Shown here one piece after another: positions 32,529-43,035 of a DNA stretch of 64,000 bases. The position numbers and the translations under genes were made by a program. The notes beneath the pieces were generated by a model that did not search any database, had not been told where the DNA came from, and was given only the letters and a program-made list of their open reading frames with translations. Source of the DNA: Alphaproteobacteria bacterium (GTDB taxonomy: Bacteria; Pseudomonadota; Alphaproteobacteria; Rs-D84); NCBI GenBank assembly GCA_031549365.1, contig JAVBPX010000001.1, forward strand, positions 32,001-96,000, read 5' to 3'. The first letter of the stretch is position 1; every line of letters begins with the position of its first letter.

Positions 32529-33023
32529 TTAATCTTGTTTTTCGCTACACCACGGTTGCCGTTTACCACCATTATACGAACGGGCGTGACCTTCGCGCAC
32601 CATAACATCACCGATATCAATATCACCATCATAAACGTATGCGTCAATCCGACCCAAATATTTATCATCTTTGATTTTTTGCAATCTTATGATTTTGCCC
32701 TTGGGCAATAATTCTTTTAAACGATTTTTTGATGCCAATGCTGCAACCGCCTCGGCATCACAACGTGCATCCATTTCCGGGGCATCAATTTGCATAATAC
32801 GAACACGAACTGAAATTTCTGTACCGCTGGCCAATAAAACCTCGGCCGCAAATGTATCACCATCCACAACATATCCAACACGCGCTTGTTCCGGGGTTGA
32901 AATTTCGTTCTTTTTTTGTTTTATTGGTTTTTCGGACGCCGCCAAAACGGTTCCGATAACAATTGATACCAGAATCACGATTGTTTTTATTAATTTCTTT
33001 TCTATGGCAATCTTGGTGACCAT
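32529..33023 (-). CDS. Thermonuclease (SNase-like) family protein
   Basis: VVDGDTF, VRIMQIDAPE, DKYLGRIDAY, MVREGHA; N-terminal signal/TM segment; start uncertain. Confidence 0.9.
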   Translation of the reverse strand: MVTKIAIEKKLIKTIVILVSIVIGTVLAASEKPIKQKKNEISTPEQARVGYVVDGDTFAAEVLLASGTEISVRVRIMQIDAPEMDARCDAEAVAALASKNRLKELLPKGKIIRLQKIKDDKYLGRIDAYVYDGDIDIGDVMVREGHARSYNGGKRQPWCSEKQD

Positions 33024-34315
33024 GCTGGATCCGTTGCATACCCTGGCGTTTTTAATTCATATGAATTTTGACCTGTAATATCGACCGACATTAATTTTGA
33101 AATACGCTCTTTGTCGTCGACACCTTTCTCGGTTTCAGTATAAATAACGCGACGGCCATTTGGCGCCCATGATGGCGATTCCATAAACCAACCGGTTGAT
33201 AAAATACGTTCGCCCTTACCCTCTGGCGTCATAATCCCAATTGAAAAAGTATCATTTGCGATTTTGGTAAAGGCTATAAAATCCCCACGTGGCGACCAAG
33301 CAGGCGTTGCATAACGACCATTACCAAATGTTAATCTGTGTTCTTTTAATGTATCCAAATCCATAATGTGTAATTGTTGCGATCCAGAACGATTTGAATT
33401 AAAAGCCATTTGTTTACCATCCGGAGAATATGCAGGCGAAGTATTAATACCATCCCCAAACGTCAATTGACGCAAAGCGCGGGACGATAAATCCAATTCA
33501 TATAAATTGGTTGCGCCATTATCAACCATTGAAAAAGCAACTTTTTTCCCGTCTGGCGAAAAACGTGGAGAAAATGTCATTTCTGCAAATTTACCCAAAC
33601 GCGATTGCGCCCCGTTCACCATATCCAACGTCCAAACATGTGGATCGTCACCCCGGAATGACAAAAAAGTTATCGCATGCATACTGGGCGACCAATGCGG
33701 CGACATCACAAATACTTCGGGTCCGGACATATAACGAAAACCATAACCATCACTGTCCATAATTGCCAAACGTTTTATACGTTTATCCATTGGACCAGAT
33801 TCTGAAATAAATACGATTTGGGTATCGAAATAACCGGCCTCGCCCGTTAACCTTTCATATACGGCATCGGCCATAATATGCGCCAACCGACGCACTGTTT
33901 TTTTGGAAGCAACCAACGATTGAGCCTCGATTTGTTCCCCCGACGTAACATCCCAAACATAAAATTGCAATCTAACTTTGTCTTTACCAACGGCTGAAAC
34001 CTGGCCCTGAATCAAAGCATTAGCATTCAGCGCCCGCCAATCAACAAAGGTTGGCATGGTTCCGAATGGAACCTTTTCTGGAAATGCTTCCTTATCAATT
34101 AAATGAAATAATCCTGTTGATTTTAAATCATTTTCAATCACAGACGTTAATTCTGCCGCCGTTTTCTTCAAAGATGAATCTTTTGCCTCGAACGGCAATA
34201 TAGCAATCGGCAATGGCTTGGCATTCCCCGCTACAATATCCACATTCAATTCAGCGCGCGCCCCGGCCACAAAAACCAAGGACAAAAATATAAATAAATA
34301 TCGTTTTATCATCAT
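33002..34315 (-). CDS. tolB: Tol-Pal beta-propeller protein TolB
   Basis: Signal peptide, RRLAHIMADAVYERLTGEAGYFDT, repeated SPxWSP/FSPDG blades. Confidence 0.96.
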   Translation of the reverse strand: MMIKRYLFIFLSLVFVAGARAELNVDIVAGNAKPLPIAILPFEAKDSSLKKTAAELTSVIENDLKSTGLFHLIDKEAFPEKVPFGTMPTFVDWRALNANALIQGQVSAVGKDKVRLQFYVWDVTSGEQIEAQSLVASKKTVRRLAHIMADAVYERLTGEAGYFDTQIVFISESGPMDKRIKRLAIMDSDGYGFRYMSGPEVFVMSPHWSPSMHAITFLSFRGDDPHVWTLDMVNGAQSRLGKFAEMTFSPRFSPDGKKVAFSMVDNGATNLYELDLSSRALRQLTFGDGINTSPAYSPDGKQMAFNSNRSGSQQLHIMDLDTLKEHRLTFGNGRYATPAWSPRGDFIAFTKIANDTFSIGIMTPEGKGERILSTGWFMESPSWAPNGRRVIYTETEKGVDDKERISKLMSVDITGQNSYELKTPGYATDPAWSPRLP

Positions 34316-34393
34316 GACCGAAATAATAACCGAATCGGCACAAAAAAGCAAAATATTTCTTTATTTCTGGATTTATTTACATATAATATAGGT

Positions 34394-35383
34394 ATGACAA
34401 AAATAACAGAACCTTTAATCGTATCATCCAACGACGATGGCATTCGTTTGAACCGTTGGATTCATCGTAATTTTCCGACATTGCCAACACCAATGTTCCA
34501 TAAATTGTGCCGCACTGGACAAATCCGCGTAAACGGCAAACGCGTCAGCGGAAATGAAAAACTATCAACAAATGATGCTGTGCGCATTCCGCCACAATTG
34601 TCCCACTTGCCGGACAAACCATTATCGACCGAGGATGGAACCCGTTTTTCCCTGACCGATTTGGAAATGTTACGCAAATGCATTGTTCATAATGATGCCG
34701 ATTTGGTTATCTTTGACAAACCTGCGGGACTGGCTGTCCAGGGAGGATCTGGGATCAAAAAATCTTTGGATAAAATGGCCGCGGCATTGTTCCCACACGA
34801 TTCCATATTAATGGTACACCGCTTGGATCGTGAAACATCCGGCTTAATAATGTGCGCTAAAAATTTAAAAACAGCCCAGGCATTGGCCAAAACATTTCAT
34901 GACCGCGAAACGCACAAGGAATATTTGGCATTGTTATTGGGCGATGTAAAACCATCAGCCGGCACAATAAAAACCATGATGGCCCGCGGACGCGTAATTG
35001 CCAATGCGGATGCAAAAAAATACGAACGCGAAACTGGCCAAACACCAAAGGCTGCAATCACAAATTACCAAGTATTGGATAAATTGCCAAACATGTTGTC
35101 ATTTGTATCGTTTGAACCAGAAACCGGACGCACACATCAATTGCGTTTGCATTCGGCATATTCGTTACGCGCCCCAATTATTGGCGATAATTTATACCGA
35201 GGGGATAAAAAAACAACCCTGCCCGAAACTTTAATTCCTCTGCTAAATTCAAAAAATCTATTTTTGTTATCGTATCGTTTAACATTTAAACACCCGACGA
35301 CTGGCAAAACAACCACCGCTACTGCGTCCATTCCCGATTTTATGAAACCAGTATTGGAATTTTTGGAATTCAAACAACCATAA
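34394..35383 (+). CDS. rluC: RluA-family pseudouridine synthase with S4 domain (RluC-like)
   Basis: N-terminal S4 domain (RTGQIRVNG), KPAGLAVQGG, HRLDRETSG, TGRTHQLR. Confidence 0.85.
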   Translation: MTKITEPLIVSSNDDGIRLNRWIHRNFPTLPTPMFHKLCRTGQIRVNGKRVSGNEKLSTNDAVRIPPQLSHLPDKPLSTEDGTRFSLTDLEMLRKCIVHNDADLVIFDKPAGLAVQGGSGIKKSLDKMAAALFPHDSILMVHRLDRETSGLIMCAKNLKTAQALAKTFHDRETHKEYLALLLGDVKPSAGTIKTMMARGRVIANADAKKYERETGQTPKAAITNYQVLDKLPNMLSFVSFEPETGRTHQLRLHSAYSLRAPIIGDNLYRGDKKTTLPETLIPLLNSKNLFLLSYRLTFKHPTTGKTTTATASIPDFMKPVLEFLEFKQP

Positions 35384-35393
35384 TGGAAAACAA

Positions 35394-37550
35394 ATGCCAG
35401 AAAAACTGAGCACTATTCGTCGCAGACTTCGAATACTCCGATATACGTTACGCTTTTTCTTTCTGGCGTTGAGCATTATTTTAATATCAATTGTTATTGC
35501 TCTGTCGCAATTGGATTTGGAAAATTTTCGCGATGAACTTGTAGCTCAAACAAAAAATCAAACAGGATTAAATGTTCAAATTGACGGCACAGTATCATGG
35601 CGATTATCATTGCGTCCGAAAATTATTTTAAATGATATTAAAATTGCAAACGCAGATTGGGCAAAAAATAAAAACGGGTTAACTGCTGATCAATTGATTG
35701 TTACATTAAATTTGTTTTCATTGTTTACTTCCAGTCCATCTGTCGAAGAATTACAATTAATTTCTACAAAACTATTTCTAGAAATGGATAAATCTGGAAA
35801 ATATTCCATGGAAATCACAACCCAAAAAGATTCAAAAACCGAAGAAAAAATTGAACATCCACGCTATCCTTTGGATCCATTATCTGAAATCCGTTATTTA
35901 TATTTGGACCGTCCCGAAATTACATATATAACGCCGGATAAAAAGTGGTCATTCAAACCAACGACTGTACGAATCAGTCATGCTGAAAATCGATCCAACA
36001 TGGAATACAAGGGTTACTTGATGTACAACCAAGAATTATACCCATTCCACATTGTTATGGAAAAACTGGATCGCGACCGTGGTGTTTATCCGTTACGTAT
36101 CCAGCTTGATAATTCCGACATAAATTTCGTCGCACATTTGGCGTTGGAAAAAACCAGCTTGATGCCTATTGATTTTAATATTACTGGGGAATTGGATCGC
36201 ATTGAAATACATTTGGGCTATTTGGGGATAAACGGAATACCGGATATAACACCATTAAAATTCAGCATGAATGCCGGATTGGATCATAATAAATTAACAA
36301 TAAATAAATTAAAAATTACCGGTTATAAAAACGATGTTAATGCAAAATTAATTTATGACTGGTCGAAAAAGAAACCAACGCTATCTGGATCAATAACTTC
36401 TAATTCTATTGATTTGGGATTATTATTTCCAAAATTATACGGACATCCGGATCCTGAAAAACCATCGCCAGACCGCCCATTAAACGTATTTATGGATACG
36501 CCGATATATCCTGAATTATTGGCATTGATGGATGCAAATATTTCTGCGGATGTAAAAAATTTACGCATATACCGTTTAATGGATGTAAAAAACATAAAAA
36601 CAAACATATCGCTGGAAAATAATAATTTAAAATTAATCGCACAGTCCGATTTTGCTTCCGGATCATTAATGGCCGCGGTTAACGGATCATTAAACCGTGA
36701 TGGCAAAAGTTTATCTGCATCGGCATCCGGAATTGGCACACATATAATGGCCGGCGAAATTTTGGCATCAATCCATCATGCTGATGTTTTATCTGGAATG
36801 CCTGGTGATTTTCAATTTTATTTCACCGCCAACGGTCACGATTTATCATCATTAATGTCATCCGTTACTGGATCGATTCGAATTTATTCAACTGATCGTG
36901 GCATCGCGCATGACGCATCATTTTTATTCATGGGTCAGGATTTTTTAACATCCGTCCAAAAAAACGTCAAAGATATATTTGTTGATTCAAAAAATAAAAA
37001 TGATGTTCGCGTCCAATGTAGTGCGATTAATTTAAAAATTCGAAATGGATATGTTGAAACAAAACGCGGTATTGCGGTCGAAAGTAATTTGGTTAATATC
37101 CTGGGCGAAGGATATGTTGATTTGGGTCGTGAAAAATTACAGGCCGCTATGGTTACCACCCCCAGCAAGGGCTTAAAACTCAGCCTGTCTGGTCAAATCG
37201 TTGATATGATGGAGGTCAAAGGCAGCATCGCCGAACCAACAATATCCGTAAATCAATCCGGCATATTAAACAAAACATTAACATCAACTGCGGCTGGATT
37301 GGCACTGGTGCCATTGACTGGTGGGATCAGTATTGCTGCCACTGCGGGATTGGGATTGGTTGCTGGGACATTTTTATCATCGTGGTTAACGGACGAACAT
37401 CCATGCCAAACGGCATTGCAATCCGGCGCACCATCGCATGACGATGATCCGGAATTTATGTATCGTCCGGTTGATGATTTGGCCCATGAATTTTTCATCA
37501 ATACCCAAAACCAAATCAAAGACAGATTTTCCAAAAACAAAAAAATCTAA
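35394..37550 (+). CDS. AsmA-family protein
   Basis: N-terminal TM helix plus AsmA N-domain (TGLNVQIDG...LRPKIILNDIKIANADW), beta-rich body, C-terminal hydrophobic helices. Confidence 0.8.
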   Translation: MPEKLSTIRRRLRILRYTLRFFFLALSIILISIVIALSQLDLENFRDELVAQTKNQTGLNVQIDGTVSWRLSLRPKIILNDIKIANADWAKNKNGLTADQLIVTLNLFSLFTSSPSVEELQLISTKLFLEMDKSGKYSMEITTQKDSKTEEKIEHPRYPLDPLSEIRYLYLDRPEITYITPDKKWSFKPTTVRISHAENRSNMEYKGYLMYNQELYPFHIVMEKLDRDRGVYPLRIQLDNSDINFVAHLALEKTSLMPIDFNITGELDRIEIHLGYLGINGIPDITPLKFSMNAGLDHNKLTINKLKITGYKNDVNAKLIYDWSKKKPTLSGSITSNSIDLGLLFPKLYGHPDPEKPSPDRPLNVFMDTPIYPELLALMDANISADVKNLRIYRLMDVKNIKTNISLENNNLKLIAQSDFASGSLMAAVNGSLNRDGKSLSASASGIGTHIMAGEILASIHHADVLSGMPGDFQFYFTANGHDLSSLMSSVTGSIRIYSTDRGIAHDASFLFMGQDFLTSVQKNVKDIFVDSKNKNDVRVQCSAINLKIRNGYVETKRGIAVESNLVNILGEGYVDLGREKLQAAMVTTPSKGLKLSLSGQIVDMMEVKGSIAEPTISVNQSGILNKTLTSTAAGLALVPLTGGISIAATAGLGLVAGTFLSSWLTDEHPCQTALQSGAPSHDDDPEFMYRPVDDLAHEFFINTQNQIKDRFSKNKKI

Positions 37551-37567
37551 AAATAAAATCGTATTCA

Positions 37568-37612
37568 TTGTTAATTCATGGGAAATTATAAATTTTCTCC
37601 TGAATTAACAAA
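37568..37612. repeat. AT-rich hairpin element, copy A (may also terminate asmA)
   Basis: TTGTTAATTCA-TGGGAAATT-ATA-AATTTTCTCC-TGAATTAACAAA; homologous to 39684-39729. Confidence 0.6.
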
Positions 37613-37843
37613 TACAATAATAAACAAACAATATTTAAAATCTAAAACGAATCTTAATATTTGGCCATCCTGATCGTAGCGAGATAATCCAATAAAACAA
37701 ACCACATTGTAACGCAATGTAAATAAAATAATGTCATTACTCGGGATGGATCCAGAAAACAATTAATAATTGTTTTACCATCCGAACAGCAACAGCAATC
37801 TTTGATTGCGTGGTTGCGTCGTAGCAATCTTTGCACTTAAATT

Positions 37844-37870
37844 AAAACCTCCCCATTTGGGGAGGTTTTT
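37844..37870 (-). terminator. Terminator after aspS
   Basis: AAAACCTCCCC-attt-GGGGAGGTTTT. Confidence 0.85.
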
Positions 37871-37885
37871 TAATTCAAAATCACA

Positions 37886-39658
37886 CTATCCCTTCTTGCG
37901 AATTTGGATGTGCAATTCACGCAATTGTTGTTCGGAAACTTCAACTGGAGCGCCCAACATTAAATCTTGGCCACGTTGGTTGGTTGGAAATAAAACAACT
38001 TCACGTAAATTTGGTTCACGACATGCCATGCAAACCAAACGATCAATTCCAAATGCACATCCGGCATGTTGCGGCGCACCATATTGGAACGCAGTCCACA
38101 TACCGCCGAATTTTTTGCGAACAACTTCGGCATCGTATCCGGCAATTTCGAATGCTTTGACCATAATTTCTGGTTTATAATTACGCAATCCGCCCGAACA
38201 AATTTCCGCACCGTTTAAAACCATGTCATATTGGAATGCTTTTATTTCCAGTGGGTTTTGGTTTAACAATGCATCCAATCCGCCCTGGGGCATTGAAAAT
38301 GGATTGTGCGAAAATGCGACCTTGCCTGTTTCTTCGTCCAATTCATAGAATGGAAAATCAACAATCCAGCAAAATTTATAATCGTTTTCATCAATCAATT
38401 TTAAATCTTCGCCCAATCTGATTCGGATTTTACCAGCTGCCTTGGCGGCAATGTCTTTTTTCTCGCATACGAAAAATACAGCATCGCCCTTGGCAACTCC
38501 GGTTGTTTTCATAATTGATTCAATTTCTGATTCCGATAATGATTTTGCGATTGGTCCTTTGACCTCGTCCGCGAATGCCAAATATCCCAATCCACGCAAT
38601 CCGATTTCTTTGGCAAATTCGCCCATTTTATCGAACCACGAACGCGCCATACCTCCCGCAGTTGGTGCTGGGATTGCACGAACAACCGAGCCTTCTTTCA
38701 CTGCGTCTGCAAATAATGAAAATGCGGATTTTGCAAACACATCTGATACATCCGAAATGATAATTGGGTTACGCAAATCTGGTTTATCAATACCGTATTT
38801 TTCAATTGCTTCCATATATGGAATGCGTGGAATGTTTGAATCAACCGTACATTTGCCATCTGTGAATATTTTCATCATTTCTGGGATTAATGCTTCACCA
38901 ACTGCAAAAACATCTTCTTGTTCCACAAAAGACATTTCCATATCCAATTGATAAAATTCCAATAAACGATCCGCACGCAAATCTTCGTCACGAAAACAAG
39001 GCGCAATTTGGAAATAACGATCAAATCCAGAAATTTGAATCAATTGTTTATATTGTTGAGGCGCCTGAGGCAAAGCATAAAACATCCCATGATGTAAACG
39101 ACTTGGTACCAAGAAATCGCGAGCACCTTCGGGACTGGATGTTGTTAAAATCGGGGTTTGAAATTCTTGGAATCCCAAATCCCACATTTTATCACGCATC
39201 CATTTAATCATGTGATTGCGTTTTGTAATATTTTTTTGTAGTTTTTCACGACGTAAATCAATGTATCGATATTGAATACGTAAATCTTCTGGAAATTTTT
39301 CGTCGCCAGCAACCTGAATTGGCAAAACCTCTGCCATTGATTGAACGCGGTATTCGCTGACGGAAACTTCAATCTCACCAGTTTTTAATTTTGGATTTAT
39401 AACGGACACATCACGCGCAACAACGTTACCAATAACTGTAATCACAGATTCGTTATGAATTTTTTCCAAATCGCGTAATGCTTCATTTGATAAATCAACA
39501 ACACACTGAGTCATTCCATAATGGTCGCGTAAATCAATAAACAATAATGATCCGTGATCCCGTTTTTTATGCACCCAACCGGATAACGTTACAACCGTTC
39601 CGACCTGCGCCTTGGTCAATTCTCCACAAGTATGGGTTCTGAACTGATTTGCTCTCAT
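37886..39658 (-). CDS. aspS: Aspartyl-tRNA synthetase, probably non-discriminating (Asp/Asn)
   Basis: RTHTCGEL, RDHG (His at the non-discriminating determinant position), PEGARDF, LPQAPQQYKQL, FRDEDLRADR, FGIDRL; start ATG 39658 with AAGGTG SD. Confidence 0.97.
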   Translation of the reverse strand: MRANQFRTHTCGELTKAQVGTVVTLSGWVHKKRDHGSLLFIDLRDHYGMTQCVVDLSNEALRDLEKIHNESVITVIGNVVARDVSVINPKLKTGEIEVSVSEYRVQSMAEVLPIQVAGDEKFPEDLRIQYRYIDLRREKLQKNITKRNHMIKWMRDKMWDLGFQEFQTPILTTSSPEGARDFLVPSRLHHGMFYALPQAPQQYKQLIQISGFDRYFQIAPCFRDEDLRADRLLEFYQLDMEMSFVEQEDVFAVGEALIPEMMKIFTDGKCTVDSNIPRIPYMEAIEKYGIDKPDLRNPIIISDVSDVFAKSAFSLFADAVKEGSVVRAIPAPTAGGMARSWFDKMGEFAKEIGLRGLGYLAFADEVKGPIAKSLSESEIESIMKTTGVAKGDAVFFVCEKKDIAAKAAGKIRIRLGEDLKLIDENDYKFCWIVDFPFYELDEETGKVAFSHNPFSMPQGGLDALLNQNPLEIKAFQYDMVLNGAEICSGGLRNYKPEIMVKAFEIAGYDAEVVRKKFGGMWTAFQYGAPQHAGCAFGIDRLVCMACREPNLREVVLFPTNQRGQDLMLGAPVEVSEQQLRELHIQIRKKG

Positions 39659-39683
39659 ATTTTTCACCTTTTTGCTTTTGATA

Positions 39684-39729
39684 TTTGTTAAAACAAGAAT
39701 AATTATAAATTATTTCCTGTTTTAACAAA
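39684..39729. repeat. AT-rich hairpin element, copy B, inside the aspS leader
   Basis: TTTGTTAAAACA-AG-AATAATT-ATA-AATTATT-TCC-TGTTTTAACAAA. Confidence 0.65.
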
Positions 39730-39793
39730 AACAGAAACAATCACAATGCTTTCAAATTTTGATTTTATGCACCGAATCATTTCTGATTGTTAA

Positions 39794-39945
39794 ATCCTCT
39801 GCAAGGACGTCTTTCAAACGCGGTGCCACCTTGCTTCGTGCTGGAATACCAACACCTTGATCAAACGTATCGTGTTCAAACGGCGGGTTCTAATCGGATT
39901 AACCTTTCTTCCCGCATGCTCACCGGTGTTTGCCGGGTCAATGCA
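39794..39945 (-). ncRNA. T-box riboswitch, ultra-short Stem I (actinobacterial ileS-type) architecture, Asn specifier
   Basis: Minus-strand RNA: Stem I UGC-AUU-GA-CCCGG-CA[AAC]A-CCGG-UGA-GCA; Stem II GCGGG-AAGAA...AGAA-CCCGC; IIA/B pseudoknot CGU-UUGAAC-ACG / GUUUGA; Stem III GUGUUGG-UAUU-CCAGCAC; antiterminator GCAAGG-UGGCACC-GCGUUU-GAA-AGACGU-CCUUGC; upstream of an aminoacyl-tRNA synthetase. Confidence 0.9.
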
Positions 39946-39954
39946 ACTGATCCT

Positions 39955-39983
39955 ATTCTGTTACCAATATTAAAAAAAATCAA
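39955..39983 (-). promoter_or_regulatory. Putative promoter of the T-box-aspS transcript
   Basis: TTGATT-17 nt-CAGAAT; the implied start at about 39948 is just 5' of Stem I. Confidence 0.55.
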
Positions 39984-40002
39984 GAAAAATATTTTTATTC
40001 CA

Positions 40003-40033
40003 CAAATAAACCCCGGTTTCCCAGGGTTATTTG
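40003..40033 (-). terminator. Terminator after gyrB
   Basis: Minus strand CCCTGG-GAAA-CCGGGG-TTTATTT. Confidence 0.75.
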
Positions 40034-40040
40034 ACTTGAA

Positions 40041-42482
<2,442 letters not shown>

Positions 42483-42564
42483 TTAAATCATAGCAAAAAA
42501 ATGCCCCGCGGGGCAAGCAAAAAATTATAAAAAAGTTATAAAAAAATGGCGAATTTCCGAGGGT

Positions 42565-42897
42565 TTAAAAAGTCATTATTAAATCCATAACTATCTTTTT
42601 TTGATCCACCGATAATTTAGTAAATTTTTGTACCATTTTTTGAAATTCTATGTCTTTTGAAGTAACGCTGTGTTTTATAAAATAATCCGTTCCAACCTTT
42701 AAAACATCGCATATTTCCAACAGCCTCTGAACAGACAATTGATTAACTGCGGTTTCGTATTTTTGAATTTGTTGGAACGATAATCCTAATTCCTTGGCTA
42801 ATTGCTCCATGCTCATACCGCGTTCCATGCGCAATGCCCGTAATTTCCCCCCAATTTCCGCATTTACATCCAAATTTTCTCTCTTTTTATTGGCCAT
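42565..42897 (-). CDS. XRE-family HTH transcriptional regulator
   Basis: LAKELGLSFQQIQKYE helix-turn-helix, a subfamily common in Alphaproteobacteria. Confidence 0.9.
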   Translation of the reverse strand: MANKKRENLDVNAEIGGKLRALRMERGMSMEQLAKELGLSFQQIQKYETAVNQLSVQRLLEICDVLKVGTDYFIKHSVTSKDIEFQKMVQKFTKLSVDQKKIVMDLIMTF

Positions 42898-42933
42898 AAC
42901 CCCTTCCCTTTGGTTTTATTTGCTTGCTCTTGT

Positions 42934-43023
42934 AAAAAGAATTTTATATAGTTTTCTACGTACACTAGAACACATTTATATATAACATAGTTTTATATGT
43001 TGTGTCAACATAAAATTCTATGC
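42934..43023. promoter_or_regulatory. Repeated 16-bp operator-like palindromes between divergent XRE genes
   Basis: ATATAGTTTTCTACGT (42946), ACATAGTTTTATATGT (42985), ACATAAAATTCTATGC (43008), weaker copy at 42934; they flank or overlap a minus-strand TTGACA (43008-43003). Confidence 0.55.
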
Positions 43024-43035
43024 GTGGGGTAAATT

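Noticed and set aside
39937-39939. GAC (Asp) triplet in Stem I as the specifier
   Set aside because: It belongs to the K-turn GA motif and adjoining stem, not the apical loop; AAC occupies the specifier position
39794-39945. 6S RNA, SRP RNA or tRNA interpretation of the GC-rich spacer
   Set aside because: No long rod or cloverleaf; all T-box elements occur in the right order upstream of an aaRS gene
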